A DNA stretch of 63,987 nucleotides, filler included, from Octopus bimaculoides (GCF_001194135.2; 9 parts of 8 records of this genome joined end to end with filler, not necessarily neighbours in it); one strand, 5' to 3'. Positions 13,616-24,713 are shown, numbered from the whole stretch's first letter. Notes: generated by a model not told the origin, from the sequence alone. Program-made: numbers and translations.

Positions 13616-13968
13616 TTACCTGTATTAGATACTGAACTCTGGCTAGAAACTAAGAACAATAAAACCAGAATCCTCCATTCACACTATACAAAACCTATGG
13701 CCTCCAAGTACCTGATCCACCGGAACTCGGCTATTGCGGACAATGCCAAATTCAACATATTGATGGCAGACCTCGTCAGAGTAATGCGAAATGTCTCCTG
13801 CATGTGCGACCCTACAGAATTAAAGAGACATATACAACATTTCGTCCACCGCATGCAGTTCTCGGGTTACAGCCATAAAGAAAGGATCAGGGTTTACAAA
13901 GGAGCTATGAAGAAGTTTGAAACAATCAAACGCAACGATAGGAATGGGATTTGCCCACTCTATAGGAG
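13616..13968 (+). mobile_element. Penelope-like element (PLE) reverse-transcriptase thumb/linker fragment, cut by a gap
   Basis: Open frame LPVLDTELW...HYTKPMASKYLIHRNSA...LVRVMRNVS...RMQFSGYSHKERI...GICPLYR. The Y.KPM...IH..SA / MRN.S / M..SGY / PLYR pattern is recalled from PLE RTs. Confidence 0.75.
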
Positions 13969-14068
13969 NNNNNNNNNNNNNNNNNNNNNNNNNNNNNNNN
14001 NNNNNNNNNNNNTTAATTAATTAANNNNNNNNNNNNNNNNNNNNNNNNNNNNNNNNNNNNNNNNNNNN

Positions 14069-14347
14069 TAAAAGAAATTTTATTTAACAAACTGTGACGC
14101 TAAAGACCGAGGTTACCGTGGTCTTTTTGTAGGTTTTTCTTTCCACGGATAACCTCCCCATTTATTGGGAATGTTTTGTATTATTTCGTATTTTTTGTAA
14201 ATACCCCAAACGTTTTGCGATGTTTTTTTTCATCGTTGTCCCCACTTTTGTTTTTTTTCTGTTTTGTTTTCGACCCCCTCGAAAAGAAAAACTCTACATT
14301 TGTATTTTGTCCCCTCTGTGTTGAGCCCTGTGTGGCTAATAAAGAAA
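14069..14347 (+). mobile_element. 3' UTR/tail of an L1/Tx1-like LINE ending in AATAAAGAAA
   Basis: 14069-14208 is the reverse complement of 17700-17839 (about 6 mismatches in 140 nt by eye), and that copy directly follows a LINE-like ORF end. Ends ...gagccctgtgtggctaataaagaaa. Confidence 0.6.
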
Positions 14348-16843
14348 CCTATTTAGCTTATTTTGGCTGCAAACAGGGAGACCAAGACAAGCCATTTTCA
14401 CCTCACAAAACTTGCAAGAGTTGCATCAGTAAGCTTCAAATGTGGTCAGTTGGAAAACTTAAATGTATGCCCTTTGGAGTACTAATGGTATGGTGGGAGC
14501 AGATGAACCACTACGATGACAGCAGTTTTTGTATGACTAAAGTAGCTGGATTCAAGAAGAAGACTAAAGATTGCATACTATACCCAGATATTCCTTCAAC
14601 AATAAGGCCTGTTCCACACTCAGATGATATTCCTGTACCTGTGCCACCTGAGACATGGGAAATTTCATCAGAGTCTGATACTGGTGATACTAATGAAGTG
14701 GAAGTAGACAATGAGCCACCAACAAATGACCATCCCAAATTCTTCGACCAAGTTGTGCTCAGTGACTTGGTTAGAGAGCTTAACCTTCCATGAGAAAGTG
14801 CACAGTTACTCTAGACTGCAGGAACACAAGCTTCTAGCTCCTGGAACAACATTTGCTTGGTACTGTTATCGTGAAACGGTATTCATTCAGTTCTTTGAGG
14901 AAGAGGATTCTTTAGTTTCCTGTTCAAATATTTCTAGCCTTATTGAACATATAGGGGATGTGGTACAAAGTAGATGAATGGAGGCTCTTCATTGATTCTT
15001 CTAACTGAAATTTAAAGGAAGTTCTTCTCTACAATGGCAACACAGCTGCATTTGTGTCAATTTACCATAGTGTCCAAATGCCAGAAACTTACAAAAATAT
15101 GAAGACAGTAATAACTGCAATCAAGTACCATAATCACAATTTTCTAATTTGTGGTGATTTAAAAGGTATTGCTAAGTCTTCAAGGGGGATACACTAAGTA
15201 TCCCTGTTTTCTGTGTCTTTGGGATAGTAGGGCAGATAGCCAGCACTATAAACAAAAAGACTGGCCACCAAGAACCAGCTTCTTACCCGGAAATCACAAC
15301 GTGAAAGTTGTGCCACTACTTGACCCCCAAAACATTCTGCTGTCACCACTTCACATTAAATTAGGGCTTATGAAAAATTTTGCAAAGGCCCTGAACTATC
15401 ATGGAGCTGCTTTCAAGTACTTGGAGTCAAGGTTTCCTCATATAAGTGAAGGCAAGCTAAAAGCAGGAATCTTTGTTGGCCCCCAGATTTGGGAACTGAT
15501 GAGGGACAAGCATTTTAAGGAAGCATTAGCAGGTGTTGAAGTGAATGCTTGGTTCTCCAAACTTCTCCAAGATTCTCCAAAACCTCTTGAGAAACAGCCA
15601 CTCTCCAGAATATGAAAAAATGATCCAAGACCCGATATCAAGTTTCCAACAACTTGGGTCAAGAATGATTGTGAAGATGCATTTTTCGCACTCGCATCTT
15701 GACTATTCTCCCAAGAATTGTGGGGGCTACAATGAGGAACAAGGAAAGACATATGCACCATGGAAATTCAATACCAGGGCAAATGGAATGTCAGTATGAT
15801 GGCAGATTACTGCTGGTCATTGAAACGTGATTGTCCCGATGCAGAGCATGAGCAAAAGTGAAAGCAGTCCTCCTTCCTTTGAATCAATCTGTAGGCTAAC
15901 CATTATGAGCATATTTTTTACATTCATTTGGTTTGATGTTGATAATTCGGATTCATTTCATGTTGATTTAGAAAACATATGTTCTTAAAACTAACAGAAC
16001 GTGCTTTTCCTTGTTTACTTGCTTCATTTTAATAAAGTAACGATTTATACATTAAATTAATAATAATATACATTTGTTATTATTAATTTTAGTGTATAAA
16101 TTGCGCATAAATTGTTATAGGATGCTGACTACCTGATAAAGATCACTAATGTGATTTTTATCCTTATATTCTATTATGAATTAATAAATAAAGTAGCAAT
16201 TTATTAAAAATTCACATTTTTTATTATTAATTTGTATTTTATTCAACAACCTTATGTGACAGAGCAAATTGGTTTGGATATTTAAAATCAGCAACCCAAG
16301 AATATGTAATATCACATCCTCTTTTACGGGTTTCAGTCATCTGACTGCGGCCATGCTGGAGCACCACCTTTATAGCCGAGCAAATCAACCCCAGGACTTA
16401 TTCTTTGTAAGCCTAGTACTTATTCTATCAGTCTCTTTTGCTGAACCACTAAGTTATGGGGACGCAAACACACCAGCATCGGTTGTCANNNNNNNNNNNN
16501 NNNNNNNNNNNNNNNNNNNNNNNNNNNNNNNNNNNNNNNNNNNNNNNNNNNNNNNNNNNNNNNNNNNNNNNNNNNNNNNNNNNNNNNNNNNNNNNNNNNN
16601 NNNNNNNNATATATATATATATATATACGACAGGCTGCTTCCGGTTTCCATCAACCAAATCCACTCACAAGGCTTTGGTCGGCCTGAGGCTATAGTAGAA
16701 GACACTTGCCCAAGGTGTCACGCAGTGGGACTGAACCCGGGACCATGTGGTTGGTAAGCAAGCTACTTACTACACAGCCACTCCTGCGCCTATAAAATTA
16801 AATGAATAAAAATCTTTTAAAAATTCACAAATGCAGACCAGTG
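14348..16843 (+). mobile_element. Chapaev3-type (CMC superfamily) DNA transposon, degenerate and 5'-truncated, with a SINE inserted at 16319-16790
   Basis: YLAYFGCKQGDQDKPFSPHKTCKSC...W..G...MPFG..MVW.E..NH.DD..FC zinc-binding region; LFIDSS, CGDLK, GYTKYPCFLCLWDSR, PLHIKLGLMKNF, GIFVGPQI, HF.HSHLD, YQGKW...MMADYCWSLKR; frameshifts and stops; candidate right terminus ...gcagaccagtg at 16843. Confidence 0.8.
16319..16790 (-). mobile_element. tRNA-derived SINE family A, near full length, inside the Chapaev end
   Basis: Head GGCGCAGGAGTGGCTGTGTAGTAAGTAGC...CCGGGTTCAGTCCC with A box and B box; body ccttgggcaagtgtcttctactatagcc; tail ctgaaacccgtaaaag. Confidence 0.85.
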
Positions 16844-17560
16844 TTATTTATTCATATTGTTTTGAATTAAAAATTCATTATCTTGTAACTTCAAAAATTT
16901 TGATGACTGAGTGTTTATTTTTAGAATGACATTGTAGGGTAGGTGTGAGATGCTGGATATCGCCAGTTTGAACAACAAACAGGTAGAATTTTTTGGCTAG
17001 ATATGACCAGTTTAAATATTAAAGGATTAAATACTATATGTAACCCTGACATGATATTCATTTATATTAAGTGGAGGAGTTTTGTCGCCCATAACAAAAC
17101 TGGTACCTATTTACTATACAGCCAACAAACCAATATCATAATTAATTCGCCAAATACCATCTATTACCTTCTGTCTTGAGATACCTTCATTGACAATATT
17201 AAAATCCATGGAAACAGAATAATTTTTAAGATTTAATATGCCAGTATGTTGGTTTTACATCTTTCGGTTGTTATTAGTAATCTCTGATATTTTGATACAC
17301 TAAACCATCAGCTGCATAACATTTCATGTCTTATGCTTTTATACATCATTTAAGAGGAGTTATTATGTCTGAAATACTCAATGTTCTTTGAATTTTGCAA
17401 GAAAAAAAAAAGAAAAAAAAAAAGCTAGGCACTGGCATGACTGTATTTAAGAAGCTTGTTTCAAAAGCATGTTGCCATGGGTTATGCCACACTGTATGCT
17501 GCCTTGAGCAAGCCTTGCGAGTGGATATGGTACACAGAAACTGAAAGAAGCCAGCCAGCC

Positions 17561-17601
<41 letters not shown>

Positions 17602-17699
17602 NNNNNNNNNNNNNNNNNNNNNNNNNNNNNNNNNNNNNNNNNNNNNNNNNNNNNNNNNNNNNNNNNNNNNNNNNNNNNNNNNNNNNNNNNNNNNNNNNN

Positions 17700-18052
17700 T
17701 GGGGTATTTACAAAAAATACGAAATAATACAGAAAATTCCCAATAAATGGGGAGGTTATCCGTGGAAAGAAAAACCTACGAAAAGACCACGGTAACCTCG
17801 GTCCTTAGTGTCACAATTTGTTAAATAAAATTTCTTTTATTTATGCAAGAAACGTAAGTAACTCTCTGTTTACAAAATTTTAAAACGTTTTATAGAAACA
17901 TGGTCAAGGTGACTTCGTCATTTATACGTGCCATTCTTGCTACATGTATCCATCTTTTTTCGAAACATTTGCTAGACAACACTTGCCTCTCTACTCGCAC
18001 CTTCCTTTTCAAGTGATACTTGAAAAAGTTGATGAGAGATTGACCAGAGAAG
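17700..18052 (-). mobile_element. 5'-truncated L1/Tx1-like LINE: ORF2 C-terminus plus start of 3' UTR
   Basis: GQSLINFFKYHLKRKVRVERQVLSSKCFEKRWIHVARMARINDEVTLTMFL* resembles L1/Tx1 ORF2 termini (F..W pattern); UTR matches 14069-14208 inverted. Confidence 0.55.
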
Positions 18053-18053
18053 A

Positions 18054-18097
<44 letters not shown>

Positions 18098-18354
18098 AGA
18101 TATAATAATAATAACAAGAAGAAGAAGAAGAAGAATATTAGGGATAAAAATCCAAATTTACAGGTAAAAACTCAATTATGGCCACAGCTGGATGACTGAA
18201 ACAAGTAAAAGAGTAAAAGAGCATGTGATGTTACATATTCTTGGGTTGCTGATTTCAAATATCTATATGTGACTGTGGATTTTCATGGATGAGTTCATGA
18301 ACTTTGGTTCTTTTCTCTAAAACTATTTATTTATATTTATATATATATATATAT

Positions 18355-18700
18355 ATCACTTAAAGTGGATGGCATTTGTAGAAGAGGGAAACCCAGGAAG
18401 ACATCGGACAAAGTATTGAAGGCCAATCTCAAGACACTGAGACATCTGGCGCCTTGCAGGACTCAAGAAGACCCATCCGCCACAGCAGAATTGATACTGG
18501 TGCTGGTGCTATATAAAAAACACCCAGTACATTCTGTGGTGTGGTTGGCATTAGGAAGGGCATCCAGCCATGGAAACCATGCCAGAACAGACAATGGAGG
18601 CTGGTGCAGCCCCTGGCCCTACCAGCTCTGATCAGACCTTTCAATTCATGCCAGCATGGAAAATAGATGTTAAATGATGATAAAGATGATGATGATATAT
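18355..18700 (+). mobile_element. RTE-clade LINE 3' end (ORF tail plus UTR ending in (GAT)n)
   Basis: VDGICRRGKPRKTSDKVLKANL resembles the RTE G...RGRPRKTW terminus; followed by gttggcattaggaagggcatccagcc...gttaaatgatgat. Confidence 0.7.
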
Positions 18701-19458
18701 GCATATATGTATATATATGTATGATTTATATATACATAGATATAGATAATATATGTGTGTGAGTGTCTTTGTGTTTTGCTTGTCCCCAAACACTGCTTGA
18801 CAACCAATCTGGTTTGTTTACCTCACCATAACTTTGTCAAAAGGGACCTACAGAGTGAGTACTAGGCTTAAGTACTGGGGTTAATTTGTTCAACTGAATG
18901 TTTCAAGGTGGTGCCCCAGCATGGCTACAGTCTAGTAACTGAAACAAGTAAAAGTTAAAAGAAGGAAAAGATACCTAAATATTTATGTTGTTAATATATA
19001 TACTCATAAAATTTAATTTAGTTTATTGCTTATGATCAAAAATTTCCATTTTAATTTTTAACACTTTTCACAATCATAACATTGAGAATTTTTATACATG
19101 GAAACTTCGTTATTATGATAAATAAAAAATAAAACATGAACTGATCTTTATATAACCTAATACAACCAAGAATTAAGTGCTATAAAATATCAGAGACCTC
19201 GTGTGGCTGATAAGATAAATATAAACACCATAACTGGTGTATTTATTGACTTTTTATGGCCAATAATTTAAATGGATGCAGCTTACTTGATTACTATGAA
19301 ACACGAGTTAGCACAGTCACCTAACTTAGGACAGAAAAATGGTTGAAATCTCATGGGTGGTACTGTGCACAGTTGTTCTATTTTGGATTATAGTTTATGG
19401 AGTATCTAATTTAATTTAACATTCATAATAGAAAACTTTAACTATTTTATTTTATCAT

Positions 19459-19655
19459 AGGTGCAGGTGAGGCTGTGTGGTAAGAAGTTTGCTTCCCAAC
19501 CATATGGTTCTGGGTTCAGTCCCGCTGTGTGGTACCTTGGGCAAGCATTTTCTACTATAGCCTTAGGCAGAGCAAAGCCTTGTGAGGGGATTTGGTAGAT
19601 GGAAACTGAAAGAAGCCTGTCGTATATATATTTGTGTATTTGTCCCCACCACTAC
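19459..19655 (+). mobile_element. SINE family A, 5' half
   Basis: ggtgcaggtgaggctgtgtggtaagaag...gggttcagtccc...ccttgggcaag...gaaactgaaagaagcc. Confidence 0.8.
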
Positions 19656-19669
19656 TTGATTCCTTGATT

Positions 19670-20060
19670 TGCTTCTCGGTCTGGAATTTTTTCTTCAATT
19701 TTTCTACTGATTTAGCTCTATGAACTAAGTCATAAGTATATAGGATTTCCCATGGACAACCAATTTTACATGACTAGGTTACTACACTCATTACTAACTC
19801 TCACTGTATTAACTGTGCTTCTATATATGCATGGTATGGACCTCACAAGCCATTAGTCTACGCTTCGTGTTCTTAGTAGCCACTAGCTCACAGAATAAGG
19901 CATTCTGTTGAAGGCCTTCTCTAGAATGAAGAATGCCAGGTATAGTGGCTAACTCTTAGCTAAGTACTTCTGCAGGTGTCTCACTAGGAAGGTGGCATCA
20001 GTCGTATTTATTCCTGGTTCAAAACCAAACTGTATCTCATCCAATCTAACTTCTCTGTCT
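19670..20060 (-). mobile_element. RTE-clade LINE reverse-transcriptase remnant with internal deletion
   Basis: Minus strand: DEIQFGFEPGINTTDATFLVRHLQK.YLAKS*PLYLAFFILEKAFNRMP..., matching QFGF.PG.STTDAIF..RQL.EK....PLY.AF.DLEKAFDRVP. Confidence 0.8.
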
Positions 20061-20085
20061 AATCAATTTTACAATAATTCTTCCT

Positions 20086-20350
20086 ATCATCATCATCATC
20101 ATCGTTTAACGTCCGCTTTCCATGCTAGCATGGGTTGGACGATTTGACTGAGGACTGGTGAACCAGATGGCTACACCAGGCTCCAATCTGATTTGGCAGA
20201 GTTTCTATGGCTGGATGCCCTTCCTAACGCCAACCACTCCGAGAGTGTAGTGGGTGCTTTTACGTGCCACCGGCACGAAGGCCAGTCAGGCGGTACTGGC
20301 AACGGCCACGCTCAAAATGATGTATTTTACGTGCCACCTGCACAGGAGCC
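20086..20350 (-). mobile_element. RTE-type 3' tail repeat with (GAT)n end
   Basis: Near-identical reverse complement of 59110-59359; same family as 47745-48195 (-), 30440-30635 (+) and 48425-48680 (+). Confidence 0.75.
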
Positions 20351-20503
20351 ATAACTTTCATAACTTACTCCAATAATTTGATGCATCTGTAGTTTTCTCT
20401 CTCTAGTACATCTCTTCTGCCCCTTGTAGCAATTAACAATGCTAGTGTATGTTAGTAACTGAATATGACATGTTTCAAGTAGATGGAAGGGTAGGTTACC
20501 TAT

Positions 20504-20545
<42 letters not shown>

Positions 20546-20953
20546 CACCATTCACATAACTGACACTCCATCAGTTACGACAACAAAGATTCTAGTTGAT
20601 CCAATTAATGGAACAGCCTACTCATGAAATTAATGTGCAAGTGGCTGAGCACTCCACAGACACGTCTACCCTTAACGTAGTTCTCAGGGGAGTACAGCAT
20701 GACACAGAATGTGACAGGAACTATTCATTTTTGCCAGCTCAGTGGACTGAAGCAATGTGAAATGAAGTGTCTTGCTCAAGGACACAATGTGCCACTGGGA
20801 ATCAAACTCCTAACCTTATGATCATGAGCCACATACCCGAACTACCAAGCTATGTGCCTTCACATCACCATTCACATACATTCTTACATACACATATATT
20901 CATTTACATAAACTTATATATACATGCATATACATACACTTCCACATGTACAG

Positions 20954-20984
<31 letters not shown>

Positions 20985-21159
20985 TACGTATGCACACATA
21001 AACATATGTACATTTTAAAACTGAACCATTAATGTCACCAACCTGACAGTCAGGCCTGGAAAAGTCACGGTGATTGTTCCTTCCTCATAACTAAAACCAT
21101 GAACAATACACCTGTATGTGCACACACATACACACATCAGTTAAAACCTGTCTTCCCCT

Positions 21160-21191
<32 letters not shown>

Positions 21192-21587
21192 ACATACACC
21201 TTGTTTTCTTTGACTTCTCAGATTAAAAAAAATAATAAAACACCAACAAAAACCATCAAATAAAATTCTGCTATTTTTAATCATGCAAGGTTTTAGTGTT
21301 GATGCCATGGAATTCTTCAGTTTCAATTATAGCAGCTATTCAAATATCCCAAAATACGAGGCATTTAATGAAACCAATTCTGAGCGAGATTAGATGGAAA
21401 ATAGCCAATATCATTTGCAAAACTCTTAATGACTATCGATGTCTGAGTTAATTCTTCAACAGGTATTGTTAGGACAATATGATAAAAATGCTTGAGTTAA
21501 CAAGGGAAACCTCTACATAATTGCTCAACTTGGTTGAAATAACAACCAAATTTTACTCAAACTACGTTCAATTAGGTAGGACACATT

Positions 21588-21978
21588 GTTGTTGTTGGCA
21601 CTCCGTTGCTTACGACGTTGAGGGTTCCAGTTGATCTAATCAACAGAACAGCCTACTCATGAAATTAACGTGCAAGTGGCTGAGCACTCCACAGACACGT
21701 GTACCCTTAATGTAGTTCTTGGGGATATTCAGTGTGACACAGTGTGACAAGGCTGACCCTTTGAATTACAGGCACAACAGAAACAGGAAGTAAGAGTGAG
21801 AGAAAGTTGTGGTGAAAGAGTACAGCAGGGTTCGCCACCATCCCCTGCCGGAGCCTCGTGGAGCTTTAGGTGTTTTCGTTCAATAAACACTCACAACGCC
21901 CGGTCTGGGAATTGAAATCGCGATCCTATAACTGCGAGTCCGCTGCCCTAACCACTGGGCCATTGCACTTCCACAAGA
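21588..21978 (-). mobile_element. tRNA-derived SINE family B (tRNA-Arg-like head, (CAA)n tail), full length with an 11-bp target-site duplication
   Basis: Head GTGCAATGGCCCAGTGGTTAGGGCAGCGG...ATTTCAATTCCC; TSD TAGGACACATT at 21577-21587 and 21979-21989. Confidence 0.9.
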
Positions 21979-23079
21979 TAGGACACATTAGATAATGTAT
22001 TATCCTATACACACTATATCTAAATTTTTTAAAATGTCCACAACAGAAACATCTTTGATCATACATATACAGAATTAGGGTTGACCTAGGACTAAAGTTA
22101 ACACTGAAGTTAAAAATATATTACATTTGATCATTGATCTGCTGGGTCAGAGCTGACCTGGGGCTAACCAGCAAAGGAGGATACATGGGATAATATAGTT
22201 CCAGATACATCATGTATAAATAAAATGCTGGATGGTCACATCTCAGAGATCTCTTCTGTTTCACAGCGAGATGGGGTTTTTTTTTTTTAACATTTTTTCA
22301 CACAAATTACGATTTGCAAGCTAATTATGATAATTACAATCATCTTTCAAGAAACTAATAATCCCTTGTACTGTAGGTACAAGGCCTGAACTTTTGGTTC
22401 CGGTATTTAACTGGTATTTATTTCATCGAACTTGAAAGACAAAGTAAACTATGGCAGCATTAATTAATAATAAAATCTGTGATCCTAGACCTACAAGACT
22501 AGGATGTAGCAAGTCAGAGAGACAGCTTGTCTTATGTATATGATTATAATTTATTGCTACATTGTTACAGAAAGTGTTCATGCAATACAAAAGAAGAAAT
22601 ATTTAGATGAACTGACATATATGACAATTACAAAAAGCCTTTGTCAGAAAATCAACATTCAGGCTGATTTTTACACATCAGTACATATTCTTGTTGCCTG
22701 CTGTGGTATGTTTTCATCTTCTATCATGCCATGTTGAACATGCAGCTGTGAAAACAGCTATGTGTTGAGAGTGAATACCACCAGGACCAGAATCACTATG
22801 AGATTTTCACACTCAAATGAGTTGTATTTGTAGGCTCTGTTCATAGAAGGTTCTAGTCATGCCATTAGTTTATCATACGAACAACAGCCATTGATTGGGC
22901 TGAAATTGAATTTGTGCACATGATCAACTTGTGATTTCTATGTGGCAAAACATAGGGTCAAATCCAACTGTTATAAGGGTTTAACCTGGAGTTAAAAAAA
23001 ACAAAAATCAAACAGAACAACGACAATGACAGCTACAATAACTGACAACGCTGACAACATGTAGACCACATCTACTTAC

Positions 23080-23254
23080 CAGTATGTAATCCAATTCGAA
23101 GTTTTAACTGATCATTTGGTCGATGTCGAATTTTAAATGAGAGCACACTTCTAAGTAATGCTAATGACATTCTTGCTATTTCTCTGGCATGAAGATTGCC
23201 ATTCCTCACTGGAAGTCCAGAGGCAACCATATAGGCATCGCCTATCGTTTCAAC
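23080..23254 (-). CDS. Guanylyl cyclase catalytic-domain exon (receptor/NPR-like), 175 bp
   Basis: ttttcag|GTT GAA ACG...CAT ACT G|gtaagt; encodes [58 protein letters not shown](G). ETIGDAYMV and LRIGLHTG are guanylyl-cyclase motifs; no stops; canonical splice sites. Confidence 0.93.
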
Positions 23255-23485
23255 CTGAAAACATAAAACAAAATGTTGGTGGATTAGTGTAATCAGTAGA
23301 GTAGAAGGAAAATACCTTGTGATATTTAGTTATGTCCCTTAATATACAAGTTCAAATCCTGCCAAGGTCAACTTTGGAATGAAAGATATTTCTCAATATG
23401 AAGTCTTGGAATACCTACACAAGTGACTGCCCCCAATGACTTTGTTTCCTCATAACTCATAACATTGGCTGTCTTTTGATGAAAT

Positions 23486-23850
23486 TTTCTGTGTGGCTGC
23501 ATTCTAAGTTTGCTTCCCAACCACATGGTTTCGTGTTCAGTCCAACTGCAGGACACCTTGGGCAGGTGTCTTCTACAGTAGCCACAGGCTGGCTAAAGCC
23601 TTGCGAGTGGATTCAGTAGAGGGAAACTGAAAGAAGCCTATCGCATATATGTGTGTGCGTGTTTGTCACTGCTTGACAACTGGTGTAGTTTGTTTACATC
23701 TCCGTAACATAGCGGTTAGACAAACAAAAAAAAAAACGAAAGAATAAGAAGCAGGCTTGAAAAATGTAATGAGGGCAATTCGTTTGACCTAACATACTTC
23801 AAGATGATGCCGTAGCATGGCCGCAGTCTAATGACTGAAGCCAGGGAAAA
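23486..23850 (+). mobile_element. SINE family A, degenerate full-length copy
   Basis: gtgtggctgc...gtgttcagtcc...ccttgggcagg...gcatggccgcagtctaatgactgaag. Confidence 0.75.
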
Positions 23851-24713
23851 ACAAAACCGCTTTTAAATGGTGTGCATTGCAATCATATTGCAATTTTGCT
23901 GTTAAAATTTTTTCAGGAGTAGGAGAGAGAAGTTTTGGATAATTCACACGAGTGGACTTTGTTTCCTCACAACATTCAGGAAACCGGTGTTTTTTCAATG
24001 AAATTTCATTTTAGAAAATATCCATTCTTCTAAAAGTTATGAAGAAATAAAGTTGTGATTCGGGGCACATTTGTGTAGGTATACCAAGTCTTGAGCCTAT
24101 GTTAGAAGTAATTGTAAATTTTGTTATTGAGCTACGCAGAAAGTCGAGAAAATTTTTGTTAATTTAGTCTTGAATTCATTTAGTTCGGCCATAAATCAAA
24201 GAAAAACGACAGTGGATTCTATGGGATTAAGTAAAAAAAGGAAAAAAAGCTTATATCAACAGGTAAATTAGCAACTTGAATAAAAAAAATACGGCTGTCT
24301 CGTAATTTCAACTTTTTTATGTAAATATTCCCGGCTAAATTTGGAATGTTTAGCATTATATTTGTAAAATACATAGCCGGAAAGAAGAGGCTGTCGAAAA
24401 CTCACATTACTTCCTCGAAATAGAGGAGATATAGATACCTTTCTCTGTAATCTGTAAAGCAAACAGACGACCTATTTGAAACTATGTTAACAAGGAAGTT
24501 CACTTTTTCAAAGCAAGGTGTGGTAGGAGGGTAGCTATGACAAATGTAACAGTGACATTGAATTTGTCGGCTGCCTCATTGAATTTCATTTTGAAGGGCA
24601 AAATTCGTTTCTTTTTTTTTTTTTTCTTTTTGGTTTTGCTACTTTTTTTTGCACGAGAAAATTGTAATATTCTTTCGTTATAAGTAAATAAAATGGTCGA
24701 TAAAAATCGTGAA

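Noticed and set aside
14013-14024. TTAATTAATTAA islands inside N runs (also 26044, 32825, 46988, 51061, 56965, 59054, 62915)
   Set aside because: Each sits in a 100-bp gap (44 N + 12 + 44 N where counted) and has stops in all six frames: an assembly spacer, not a biological repeat or CRISPR-like array.
14176-14793. 205-aa ORF as a host gene
   Set aside because: Chimeric: LINE 3' UTR read into the Chapaev transposase frame.
21300-21380. Minus-strand ...ATG CCT CGT ATT TTG GGA... faintly like the missing cyclase MPRYCLFGD exon
   Set aside because: Only MPR matches; several indels are needed and no splice sites fit, so it is probably chance.
21588-21978. SINE heads as genuine tRNA genes (also 26201, 39781, 24714)
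   Set aside because: They continue into shared non-tRNA bodies and tails, and one has a TSD; they are SINEs.
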